DNA of 63,331 nucleotides, counting the filler, from Thraustochytrium aureum (lineage: Eukaryota): NCBI GenBank assembly GCA_012862495.1. It is 8 parts of 5 records of this genome, joined end to end, with 100 filler letters (N's around TTAATTAATTAA, not from the genome) between each part and the next. Parts side by side here need not be neighbours in the genome. Positions count along the whole stretch, not along the records: positions 6,199 to 14,196 come from BLSG01000046.1; positions 14,297 to 23,865 come from BLSG01000049.1; positions 23,966 to 28,830 come from BLSG01000049.1; 5 more parts are not named here. The stretch is one strand, 5' to 3'. Below are positions 12,972 to 24,215 of the stretch, piece after piece (position 1 is the stretch's first letter; every line of letters starts with the position of its first letter). Under the pieces are notes generated by a model. That model was not told the origin of the DNA. It saw only the letters and a program-made list of their open reading frames with translations, and did no database searches. Both the position numbers and the translations under genes were made by a program.

Positions 12972-13284
12972 AGAGCCGAGTCCGCGCCAGCGCTCCGCAC
13001 AGGGCCAGCCTCCAGCACCCAGCCAGCTCTACTCCGCTTGACAGCTCGAGCCAGCCAGCCAGATCCTTCGTTCGCCGAGTCGTGGACCTGCCGGCGTTGC
13101 GTGTAGGTCCACACCGCCAGTCCGACGCCTGTGCCGCCACAGCCGAAACCACTCGCGAGCGACAACCCAGCACCACCAGCAACACCACCAGCACCAGCAC
13201 CGGCACCAGCGATAGATACCGAAGCTCCTGGCGCTGCAGGGCCAGCGTGAAATCAACGCCAGCGCCTCGCTCGAGAAGGCTTTC

Positions 13285-13565
13285 GCAGCTCGACGGCGCA
13301 AGCAGCTCCGTCGACACTGCCAGCTCGGTTGACGCTGGCAGCTCGGTCGCACTGGCAGCTCGACGACGGCACTGCCAGCTCGACGCGAGCCAGCTCGACG
13401 ACGGCACTGCCAGCTCGACGCGAGCCAGCTCGACAACGACAAAGCCAGCTCGACGCAAGGCAGCTCGAGCTTGCATGAAGCCGACCTCGACGACGAGCAC
13501 GACGCGCCGACCACGCGCACTCGAGCCGACGCAGCTCGAGCCGAGACGCCTTCGGCGCCTCGAGG
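13285..13565. repeat. Degenerate tandem repeat built on (G)CCAGCTCGACG
   Basis: More than 10 variants of cagctcgacg/cagctcgag/cagctcgg, including a direct duplication of gacgacggcactgccagctcgacgcgagccagctc. Confidence 0.7.
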
Positions 13566-13772
13566 ATGATGTGCGGGCTTTAGCCTGGATGATGGCGGTG
13601 CGCTGGCCGGACACGGGCGCTCGCTCGATGGTTTGCGAGGCGAGAGGTGCAACTTAGTGGGTTGGTTCATGTGCTGGAGCTCTTGCAGGAGAGGCGCCGT
13701 GGGAGCGCACGGGGCTTCGCGCATGATGCGCATGTTTGTTTTTGTTTCTATAGATCTCTCTGAGAACTCTAG

Positions 13773-14196
13773 CTAGACTGCGCCAGCGCCGTACGCAGGG
13801 TTGGCGGTCGTGACCGCCGCATTCGGCGGCGAGAGCAGCGCGCTTGTCTGGCGCCGGCGCCGGATGAATGCCACGGTGCCGAGGGCCCCAACGAAGGCGA
13901 CAGCCGACAGGCTGCCGGCGACAGCGCCAGTAGTCCGCGGATTGGTCGAACTCGGGGCCTCCTCCTCCGCCCCTAAGGCGCCAGCGGACGGCCCTGCGAG
14001 GGAAAATTGCACGCCTCTCGCGAGCGCATCGAGGTATGCGAGCTCAAAGACCCACGGGCCGTAGATCGTGCCAAGGACCAGCTGGGAAGACGTGACCGCA
14101 GCCCCGCGGCCGAAGAGCGGCGGGCGAGCGCTCCCACACGGTTCTGTGACAGCACGGACCCAAGTGCGACCCAAGTCGCGCGACAGGAAAAGGCCG
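13773..14196 (-). CDS. C-terminal fragment of a type I membrane protein (TM, RRRR stop-transfer, NPxY tail)
   Basis: TGAVAGSLSAVAFVGALGTVAFI-RRRRQ...TANPAYGAGAV-stop. 5' end cut by the scaffold end. Confidence 0.65.
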
Positions 14197-14296
14197 NNNN
14201 NNNNNNNNNNNNNNNNNNNNNNNNNNNNNNNNNNNNNNNNTTAATTAATTAANNNNNNNNNNNNNNNNNNNNNNNNNNNNNNNNNNNNNNNNNNNN

Positions 14297-17107
14297 AGTT
14301 GGGCTGTGCGGCTTCAGACTCAGCTTTCCAGGCTCGCAAGCGCCGCCTCCCTGTCGTTGAGCTCGTTGAGCTCGGCGAGGCAAGCTGAGAGTCGAGTCTG
14401 TGCGACTTCAGACGCAGCTTCGCGGCTTGCAAGCGCCGCCTCCTTGTCGTCGAGCTCGACGAGGCTAGCTGAGAGCTGGGTCCGTGCGGCGTCAAACTCA
14501 GCTCCCAGGCTTGCAAGGCCGCCTTCATGTCGTTGATACTAGCCGAGAGTTGGGTATGTGTGGCTTCAGACTCAGCGTCCCGGCTTGCAAGCGCCGCCTC
14601 CTTGTCGTCGAGCTCGGCGATGCTGGCCGAGAGTTGGGTCTGAGTGACTTCAAACTCAGCTTCCCGGCTTGCAAGCGCAGCCTCCTTGTCGTTGAGCTCG
14701 GCGATGTGAGCTGAGAGATGGGTCAGTGCGACCTCGACCTCGGCTTCCCGCCTCTGCAGCTCTGCAGCTTTCGCGGCGAGCTCGCTCTCCAGCTCCTTGA
14801 GCGCCGCCTCCTTGGCTTGGCGCTTTGCGTTCTCCGCCCCTAGGCGTGCTCCAATGGCGCAGTTCTTTTCGATCACTGCCTGGAGCTCAGCCAAGGCCGG
14901 CGGAAGTCGAACCCTCCAAAACCTTGATGTTAGCTGCGAGCTTGGCGATGTCCTCGTTTTTGTCAGCAAGTTTGCGGAGGAGCATTCTCTCACCAGACGC
15001 GATCGAATCAGCCGTGATGTCAGCCGTGTACCCAGCCTCGACACCGACCAAGTCGAGCGTCTCCTCTTCGCCGACGCGAGCGGTTTCCGGGGCGGGGCAG
15101 TCTTGCGGCCAGCTCCGGCTTTGCGATTGTGCAAGCGCGATCTTCGCTTTCTGCAGCTCAGCGGCGAGCTTGTTTTGTCGCTCCCGGGAGATGTCGAGTT
15201 GAACCAAAGCGAAATCGCTTGCCTCAGACTTGAGCTTGATCTTCACCAGGCAGCTCTTCATGAGGCGGGAGAGGTTTGCATTCGCCTCCTCGGCCTTGGC
15301 AATCTCAACGCTGTGAAGAGCCCTGATCGACTCGATTTCGGCGTTTGCAGCGCGCACCTGGTCAAAGTTCTTCGCGTTGCTTGATACAAGCGTTGCGCGG
15401 ATGTCCTCCGAAAGCATTGCCGCGTTTGCGTTGGCCTCCTGCAAGGCTTGGATTTGCGATTGGGCCTCTGCAAGCTTTTCGTGTGCCGCAGTGGCCTCCT
15501 CTTGGAGCGCAGCGAAAGAAGCGTTGTGTGCCGCAGCGGCTCGAGCCGCGGCCTTTGCAGCCTGCTTTTCCGCCTTCGCTTGGCTGTCGCGGTATTGGAG
15601 CTTCATCTCGGCGATGCGCTGCGCGAGAGCTTCCACCTCGGCCTCGGCACCTTGCGCAACCGGCGGAACCTCCTGTCCAAGCGCGGCAAGCTCGCACGAG
15701 TCCCTAGCTCCCGAAGTCGCCACCTTGTGGTCCTCTGCGTCGCGCAGCGCCACTAGCTGCGATTTCAAGCCGGCGAGCGCCGTTTCAGTGCGCTGCCGGT
15801 GCATTTCGCCCTCGCTCAGCAGGCTATGGTATCCTGCGGCTTCCCTCCGGGCGCATTCGAGCTCCGCATCCTTTTGTGACAGGCAGTACAAGAGGTTTTG
15901 CGCCTCCAAGCGAGCTTGGCTCAGTTCCTCGCGGCATTCGACGGAGCACCCCGTGTCAGCGTTGTTGAAGATGCCGATCGACTCGGCAAGGCTTGCGGAT
16001 TTCTCCGACACGCTCTTCGCAAGAAAGGCAGCGTGCGAGTCGAGCGCAGACTCGGCCTCGCAGTCAGTGCACCCGTTGCGCTTCATTTCCTCGAGGGCCG
16101 CAAAGATTTGCGGGATGCTCTTTGTCGCAACGTCGTTGGCGCATGCGGACAAGATGGCAGCGTCGCGATGCACATCTGCAGCGGTCATGGACATGTTTCG
16201 CAGCCCCGCTAGCTTCTCCTCGAGTCCCGGTGCCTAGCAGCGCAGGATGCGAAGCATCGCCCTCCGGCATGTTCGAGCTTGCCTCGTACATGGGGCTCTG
16301 GAGCTCCTGGCTCTGATTGTTCGGGTGGAGCTCGTTCGCATCAGGGTCCGCCGCAGCGTCGAAAATGTCCGCGACGTCGGTCATAAACTCGTCAAGCGCG
16401 CAATCTTGTTCCCAATCATCACTAGGGCCGTCCCATGCCATCGGCTCGAATGGCGCTGCGAGTGTGGGAGCGTTGGTGAAGGGGCCGTCTGGGTAGCTCG
16501 AGTTGTCAACCGCCTGGGACGCCTCCTCCAGTGCCGACGGGGTGTCGTTCTCCTCCTCCATGGTTTGCGCAGTGTCCGGAAGAAAGCCAAAGTTGAATTG
16601 CTCCTTTTCAGGGGCGTGCGTGGAGCCGAAAGGGGTCTGCGCTGAGGCATTTGGAGCGAAATCCATTCCTTCGTCGACGATGTCCTCTTCCTCCACAGTC
16701 TCATCAATTAAGATGTACAAGTCTTCGGAGAATGATGGGGTGGGCGCTGGAGTCGAGCTGACTGCGCTGCTCGCGACTGCATCCGGAGTCGCGGTGTGCG
16801 TAACTGTCTCCGTGCCAGTGTCCCGTTGCGCTTGCGACAGCGAGCTTGCGCTGTTGCAAGGCGGCGAGAGAGCGTTGTCGACCAAGCCCCCCCCCTCCGC
16901 AACGGGCATGCCCATACCGAGCAAGATTGCGACTAGCTCGTCCTCGCCAGCGTCGCTCTCTTGGGCCCCGTGCAACTCGCCCTGCACGCCGAGGCCGCTG
17001 TCGCAGGCCATTGCGTTGGCGCCGTTGGCAAAGCACTCCGTCCCTGAGTCCTTGGGTGTGTTGATGCGCGGGCCCTTGCGCACCGCTTTGACGATCCGAC
17101 GTTGCAT
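14297..17107 (-). CDS. Large acidic/coiled-coil protein with C-terminal 28-aa tandem repeats (3' partial; frameshifts ~16235 and ~14910)
   Basis: Three consecutive same-strand ORFs (16064-17107, 14887-16194, 14241-15134) join with single-base shifts (HPALL|APGLEEKLAGLRNMSMT and ...|LAELQAVIEKN). The repeat unit AELNDKEAALASREAEFEVTQTQLSASI corresponds to an 84-bp DNA repeat at ~14330-14760. Confidence 0.6.
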
Positions 17108-20100
17108 GGCGGCACTCTAGAACGAGGCCTTCAGCAATGATCTCCTGGTCCACTCGGCACGCGCCACTACGTCGATTGCACCCGTCTGCCGTGCTCTGTC
17201 GCTGCCCGATCTGGCCCTGATCCCTCCTCTTTGGTGATTCGGGTCTGCAGCCAACCGTGATCCCTATGGTGCTTGCTATCCATCCATGCATGCCAGCGCA
17301 GCTGAAGAGAGCCCAAAGGAGTTCGACAAAAATGAGTGGCGGCAGCGGCTGGCCCCTCTCACCTTCCGTCTCGCCCCACCGCGCAACTGCCGCGCAGCTT
17401 ATAAATAAGTCGTTGCTCTCCAAGTCGGTCTTGGTGCTGGAGAGGGACCTCTCTTCGCTCACGTGTCTGCAAAGTGGGCGGCTTTGCCCAGACAGAGCAT
17501 TGCACCTCCACGCTTCCCAGAATCCTTTCTGCAAGCGACGCTCGGACCACGGAGAGCGTTCAACTGTCACTAGCAAGATTCTTCGGCAGTGTCCCAGCCG
17601 TTGACGCACTCCCTTNNNNNNNNNNNNNNNNNNNNNNNNNNNNNNNNNNNNNNNNNNNNNNNNNNNNNNNNNNNNNNNNNNNNNNNNNNNNNNNNNNNNN
17701 NNNNNNNNNNNNNNNNNNNNNNNNNNNNNNNNNNNNNNNNNNNNNNNNNNNNNNNNNNNNNNNNNNNNNNNNNNNNNNNNNNNNNNNNNNNNNNNNNNNN
17801 NNNNNNNNNNNNNNNNNNNNNNNNNNNNNNNNNNNNNNNNNNNNNNNNNNNNNNNNNNNNNNNNNNNNNNNNNNNNNNNNNNNNNNNNNNNNNNNNNNNN
17901 NNNNNNNNNNNNNNNNNNNNNNNNNNNNNNNNNNNNNNNNNNNNNNNNNNNNNNNNNNNNNNNNNNNNNNNNNNNNNNNNNNNNNNNNNNNNNNNNNNNN
18001 NNNNNNNNNNNNNNNNNNNNNNNNNNNNNNNNNNNNNNNNNNNNNNNNNNNNNNNNNNNNNNNNNNNNNNNNNNNNNNNNNNNNNNNNNNNNNNNNNNNN
18101 NNNNNNNNNNNNNNNNNNNNNNNNNNNNNNNNNNNNNNNNNNNNNNNNNNNNNNNNNNNNNNNNNNNNNNNNNNNNNNNNNNNNNNNNNNNNNNNNNNNN
18201 NNNNNNNNNNNNNNNNNNNNNNNNNNNNNNNNNNNNNNNNNNNNNNNNNNNNNNNNNNNNNNNNNNNNNNNNNNNNNNNNNNNNNNNNNNNNNNNNNNNN
18301 NNNNNNNNNNNNNNNNNNNNNNNNNNNNNNNNNNNNNNNNNNNNNNNNNNNNNNNNNNNNNNNNNNNNNNNNNNNNNNNNNNNNNGCCGCTCGGGGGAAC
18401 CTCGCAACTATCCCGGCGCTCAATTTGCCAACCGACCCAGCGCTGAAGATCTGTACGAAGCAAAAGACTGTTCGCCAGGCAGCAGCATGCACAAGGTCCG
18501 TTCTGATGAGAGTCCTTGCTCTTCTACACACATCCACACACATCCACACACTATTACACTTGTGTCAAATGCTCTCCCGCGGAGGCAACGAGGTGGCGCA
18601 CCGAGGCGGGAGAGCGTACGGCTATCTGTTGCGCCAAACCCGGAGCCGAAGCACGTAGTCCGTATTAAACAGGCAGACAGACCGATGGCCAACCTCGCGC
18701 AGCCTCGAAGCCGCGCCGTGTCCTGCGACCCGCCCGCAGCGCGGCATTTGCTTGGCGTTCGAAAGCCCGCCTGATGCGTTCCGTTGAGACCTCTCACCTA
18801 ATAAAACCCCAAACTCTCGCTAAACGATGCACCTGGAGAGAAGGAGGCTGCAAAGCTGTGTGCGAACCGAATCCCACGCACCCGCGCCATGTCACGGGCA
18901 GAGTACTAGCTAGAACGCAACTGCCTCTAGAGCAGAGCCCAATTTGCCTGCAGAGCCAGGAATCGAAGGCATGGCAGTCATGCACCCCGCAGCTTTGCAC
19001 TTTGCCCTACAAAGGACTTCCGAGCGCACTACTTATTGCCCAAGCAGCGACCCTGCAACGCCACGGCCGACCGACTCTTGAGGAGCATCGTCTGGAGCTT
19101 GTCACGGCGGGATCAGTGCTCCGCTTTCACACTTCACACAGCCACGAGCACCTTTGAGAGCCCTCCGAGACGGCGCGGCGCAACCGGAACGAATGAGGTT
19201 GCAGGGCAAGCTTGCCACCTAGTCGCACGTGCAGAGGCCGAGGTTGGGCCAGAAGGCAAGCAGGGTAGAGCAGTGCGTCCGGCATCGCTAGCCTAGCTAT
19301 GTAGCTCGATATTGCCAAGTGAAGGTGCACGACTTTTCCTGCCCCAGGTTTTTGGTGCCCAAACTCGCGCAAAGGTCCGTCGGGAGCGGCTCCCTCTCCC
19401 GCCACCGCCCGACCGGGGCTCGGCGCACCGCTGCCTGCATCTCTGCACAAGCCATGCGCGGCCCAGCTCTGTCCGCAGCGCCACCCGACCGGTCAGTGTG
19501 GGGGGCTCGGCGACAGGCTCTCGAGGCGATCTGGACGAACCCAAGCGAATCTCTCCAGCGAGACCACAAAGACGTTTGCTGCCCCCACCACGCGGCCAGT
19601 CCCCTCCCCCTCCCTGCTCGCGCGGGCGCCGCAGCCCGAGAGGCCCGCGCGCGCGGGAGGCTGTCCAGGGTTGGAGGGGGCGGGGCGATCGACGTGGTCT
19701 GGCCATTCCGAAATTCGCCCATCGCTGCTCGCCGCCTTGGTGGCGCCGCGAGAGCCACTGCCGCAGCGAGGCCGGTCAACCACCGGCTAGCCCGTCCCGC
19801 CGCACATCGCTGCTCGCCCGCGCTGCTGGCTGCCAGGCAGCACGCCGCGCGGCGGCCATTGCGTGCCTTCCGCGCCGTCCTCAATGGCCCAACAAGCCCA
19901 ACCACCGTGCCGAAACAGCCCGAGCGAAAACCACGAGCCGCTGGCCCGTCACGCGCCGCCGCCGCCGCCAGCGCCGCTGCACATGCCGCCGCCGCTGCTG
20001 CTGCTGCTGCTGCCGCCGCTGCGTCTGCGTCTGCGCGTGGCTTCCGAGTCTGCCAGGACGTGGCCTCCTGCTTGGTCGTGGGCTGCTGGAGTTGTCAANN

Positions 20101-20728
20101 NNNNNNNNNNNNNNNNNNNNNNNNNNNNNNNNNNNNNNNNNNNNNNNNNNNNNNNNNNNNNNNNNNNNNNNNNNNNNNNNNNNNNNNNNNNNNNNNNNNN
20201 NNNNNNNNNNNNNNNNNNNNNNNNNNNNNNNNNNNNNNNNNNNNNNNNNNNNNNNNNNNNNNNNNNNNNNNNNNNNNNNNNNNNNNNNNNNNNNNNNNNN
20301 NNNNNNNNNNNNNNNNNNNNNNNNNNNNNNNNNNNNNNNNNNNNNNNNNNNNNNNNNNNNNNNNNNNNNNNNNNNNNNNNNNNNNNNNNNNNNNNNNNNN
20401 NNNNNNNNNNNNNNNNNNNNNNNNNNNNNNNNNNNNNNNNNNNNNNNNNNNNNNNNNNNNNNNNNNNNNNNNNNNNNNNNNNNNNNNNNNNNNNNNNNNN
20501 NNNNNNNNTTTCGAGCCAGATTCGCACACGCGTGCGTCTGTCTGGTTGTGCATTTGTGCAGCAGACCTCCAACAGCGAGTCAAGTCAGCCACACGGACGG
20601 GAAGCCGGTCGATCGGCGGCGGCGAGCTGGAGCGCCTGCAGCAGTGAGCCGCTGCGCACGGGGAAGCGTTGCGAAGGCTAGGCGCGTTGGAGTGTAACGG
20701 CGTTGGCCTGGCGCTGAGCGTTGCGCAG

Positions 20729-22387
20729 ATGGACCGGCAGGGGGGCAACTCGCGTGCTTATGCCAGACTCTGCTTTGGAAGAGCTCTCTTTCTTGGTCTG
20801 CTTGTTTTGGTTGCAGCCAACTCTGAGATGCTTCCGTTCTTTTGGCTAAGCTCAAGCTCGCAAACAGAATCTGATCTCTTGGCGTCTTTGGGCTCACCGA
20901 GTCCGCATGAAATCGCAACTGCTCCGGAAGCCGCAAATGTTTCCGAAACCGCAACTGCTCCCGAAGCCGCTACTGTTTCCGAGTGGAAAGCACTGGGCAA
21001 GCACCCGCTGACGGAGAGTACGGCGCGAATCGGGCCGCTAAAACCTCACGAGCCGGACTTGTTTCAAGTGTTGTCAGCCGCAGCGATGGCAACGGCGAGG
21101 CAAAAGCTCCTACATCTCGCTCGTGGAGGAAATCTGACGGGCAGCGCCGTCGGTGGCTCTGCGACCGCCGGGGCAGGCTCAGGCATAAATGCGACATATC
21201 AGCATGTGCTGTCGGCGTGGCTGCAGGATCACGTCGCACTTCGACCAGGATCTGTAAAAATCCACGACATGGGCCACGGCGGCCGGGCGACGCATGATGC
21301 AATGATGGTTAGTGGGCTGTACATTCCAGAAAATGCCGACCTGGTTATCTGGGAGTTCGGCATAAACAACGCGTTCACCCCTGTAGATCCGCTCATTGAG
21401 ACTGTCAAGTTTTGGATTCGCTCGACAGTGGCGCGGTCGCCGAACGTGCTTATCATCGCCCTGTACTTCTGGAACAACAACAACAACCGCGTGCCGTTCG
21501 CTCATCGCGCAGCTGATGTTCTGAGCTCCTCGGGCGTGTTTGAGCACCCAAACGTTCTTGGCTTCATCAACGTCGCGAGCTATTTCAACTCGCGCTTTGC
21601 ACAGGACAAAGAAGGGAGCCACAAGTTGTTTTCTGACAACCACCATCCCAACGCGAATGGCCACAAAGTTATTGCAGAGCTCATTTCGCAAGTTTTGGTC
21701 TTTGCGGCCGAGGGGAGCGCTGAGCCAACGCGAACAAAGGAGGAAATCAAGGTGCGCCCGATGCTGAAGCCATGCCTACGAGATGCGGACCTTAAAGCCT
21801 TTGCTGCCGAAGAGGCTAAAAGCCAGAGCCTTTACAAGCTCCTTGCAGAGACACCAACTGTTCCGGTCGCTGGCCACACGATGGCCCGGCCAATTCTGCC
21901 GACTGAGCTCCAAGGAGACTTTCACGTCGAGTTTGCGCTGGTGCCGCACAAAGGCACAACAAAAGGCAACGGCGGTGACGATCCAGCCGCGTCGATAACG
22001 AGTTTTGGCAAAGCCGCGGAAAACCGAGTCGACCGCCTGTATGCTTTTGAGTTACCTCACTGTAGCAACGCCACCTTGGACTTTCGGGCCTCGCGGCTCA
22101 ACGCCTCGTACGTGATTCGGGCGGTGCACATCGAACTACGCAAGCCAATCTTTCAAGAAGGTTACAGCGTGCAATTGGACGGCGTTAGTCTCAACATTTC
22201 CAACGCGGTCCAGTATCCGTGGTGCATACGGTCGTGGTACCACCCTGGGAAGTGGTTTGTTCTCCCAGAAACCCTTTTTGCCGCGCGAACGCTCTCGCTG
22301 TGCACATGGCTCGATGCAACGGAGGAGAAGAAGAGGCCACTTGTTGCGATAGAATTCCTTGGGTACCGCGTTGCTGGGAAACTTTAG
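20729..22387 (+). CDS. SGNH/GDSL-type hydrolase with N-terminal membrane anchor (type II, probably secretory pathway)
   Basis: TM ALFLGLLVLVAA; block I AVGGSATAG; block II MGHGG; block III VIWEFGINN; block V SDNHHPNANGH. The stem contains a 36-bp duplication (ATAPEAANVSE x2). Confidence 0.75.
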   Translation: MDRQGGNSRAYARLCFGRALFLGLLVLVAANSEMLPFFWLSSSSQTESDLLASLGSPSPHEIATAPEAANVSETATAPEAATVSEWKALGKHPLTESTARIGPLKPHEPDLFQVLSAAAMATARQKLLHLARGGNLTGSAVGGSATAGAGSGINATYQHVLSAWLQDHVALRPGSVKIHDMGHGGRATHDAMMVSGLYIPENADLVIWEFGINNAFTPVDPLIETVKFWIRSTVARSPNVLIIALYFWNNNNNRVPFAHRAADVLSSSGVFEHPNVLGFINVASYFNSRFAQDKEGSHKLFSDNHHPNANGHKVIAELISQVLVFAAEGSAEPTRTKEEIKVRPMLKPCLRDADLKAFAAEEAKSQSLYKLLAETPTVPVAGHTMARPILPTELQGDFHVEFALVPHKGTTKGNGGDDPAASITSFGKAAENRVDRLYAFELPHCSNATLDFRASRLNASYVIRAVHIELRKPIFQEGYSVQLDGVSLNISNAVQYPWCIRSWYHPGKWFVLPETLFAARTLSLCTWLDATEEKKRPLVAIEFLGYRVAGKL

Positions 22388-24215
22388 GTAAGGTACTCGA
22401 GAACTGTCCTGTCCGCTTTCCCGTCCACAGAGTACCCCAGCTCAAGCTACTTGAGGATCAACCGGCTAGCAGCAGTCGAGTAGAGCGCGATCAACGCCGC
22501 GACAACTGCAACCGGATAGCCTGTTCTGAAATTGATACTCCNNNNNNNNNNNNNNNNNNNNNNNNNNNNNNNNNNNNNNNNNNNNNNNNNNNNNNNNNNN
22601 NNNNNNNNNNNNNNNNNNNNNNNNNNNNNNNNNNNNNNNNNNNNNNNNNNNNNNNNNNNNNNNNNNNNNNNNNNNNNNNNNNNNNNNNNNNNNNNNNNNN
22701 NNNNNNNNNNNNNNNNNNNNNNNNNNNNNNNNNNNNNNNNNNNNNNNNNNNNNNNNNNNNNNNNNNNNNNNNNNNNNNNNNNNNNNNNNNNNNNNNNNNN
22801 NNNNNNNNNNNNNNNNNNNNNNNNNNNNNNNNNNNNNNNNNNNNNNNNNNNNNNNNNNNNNNNNNNNNNNNNNNNNNNNNNNNNNNNNNNNNNNNNNNNN
22901 NNNNNNNNNNNNNNNNNNNNNNNNNNNNNNNNNNNNNNNNNNNNNNNNNNNNNNNNNNNNNNNNNNNNNNNNNNNNNNNNNNNNNNNNNNNNNNNNNNNN
23001 NNNNNNNNNNNNNNNNNNNNNNNNNNNNNNNNNNNNNNNNNNNNNNNNNNNNNNNNNNNNNNNNNNNNNNNNNNNNNNNNAGTGGTGTTAGGGGTGGTGG
23101 TGGTGGTGGAAGTTTCAGCTTGAGGCCCGACGTTGCTCGCCAGTCAGCCGCGATGGGGGACCAAATTCGCGCTGCAGGTCGGCTGAAAAGCTTCAAAGGC
23201 GGCTTGCCGCGTCACTCTGCATATTTGTTGCGTCGGTTCTGGCTCTTTGAGCGACGCGCATTTCACACTGGGCCACAAGATCTGGCCTCGCAGAATTCCA
23301 CTTGCGAATCGCGTCCGAGATGCTTTGGATCTATGGCCAATGCATGACCTCTGTCCTGGAGAAGGCTTCTCTTGCGGGTTATGACAATCTCCGTTCCTTT
23401 TGGCTGCAATCGAGTCCTGCGCTGAGAGCGCACAATCCCCATCTCTTACCTGCTTCCACTCCGAAACTGACAAGGCGTGTCAACACAACAACCGTCGGAT
23501 GGACGACAAGACAGTTTGAGCATGTCAGTGTATGAACACTGGTGTGGCTTGAAGCTCTCCATCCGAGCGCATCGGCTTTAAAATGACCGACTTGCGAAAG
23601 CACTTTCGAGGGCGGCAAAAGGGCGCGGTCTGCCTCCTTCTCGCCTGGACCCTCTGCGCTGAGCTTTGAACTCGGTTGTCCTTGCGGACTCTCTGCACCT
23701 CCTGGCGGCGCAGTGCAGTGAGGTAACGAACTCAACAAAACCCTGCCGCAGCACCTTGCGCTCCCAAGAAGCCTGCACAGCGAGATCTTGAAGCGGCGGT
23801 TGGTCCTTTCCCCAGCTTCGGATGGTGGAGCGTAGCTCACTGCGTGGTGGGCGTGAGGGGCTGCCNNNNNNNNNNNNNNNNNNNNNNNNNNNNNNNNNNN
23901 NNNNNNNNNTTAATTAATTAANNNNNNNNNNNNNNNNNNNNNNNNNNNNNNNNNNNNNNNNNNNNGTTTTGCCCGGGCAGCGGCTGTCTGCGAGCGCGGC
24001 TCTGGAGCACGCGTACTTTACCGAGCGGCCGCAGCCGTGCCTCGTCGGCGCGATGCCCGCCTTTGACGCGAGCACCAAGGCGCGCGTGCTCGCGGCGTAG
24101 CTTGCGGACTGCCGCCGAGAGCTCTCCTCGACTCTGCACGTCTCTACAAGCTAGCTAGCTAGCGAACGAACCTAACCATAGGGCCCTCTTGCCGCATCTG
24201 TGCTTGGTCGCCCCC

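Noticed and set aside
18385..20098. Ala/Arg/Pro-rich ORFs on both strands
   Set aside because: Low-complexity GC-rich sequence next to gaps; no frame is clearly coding.
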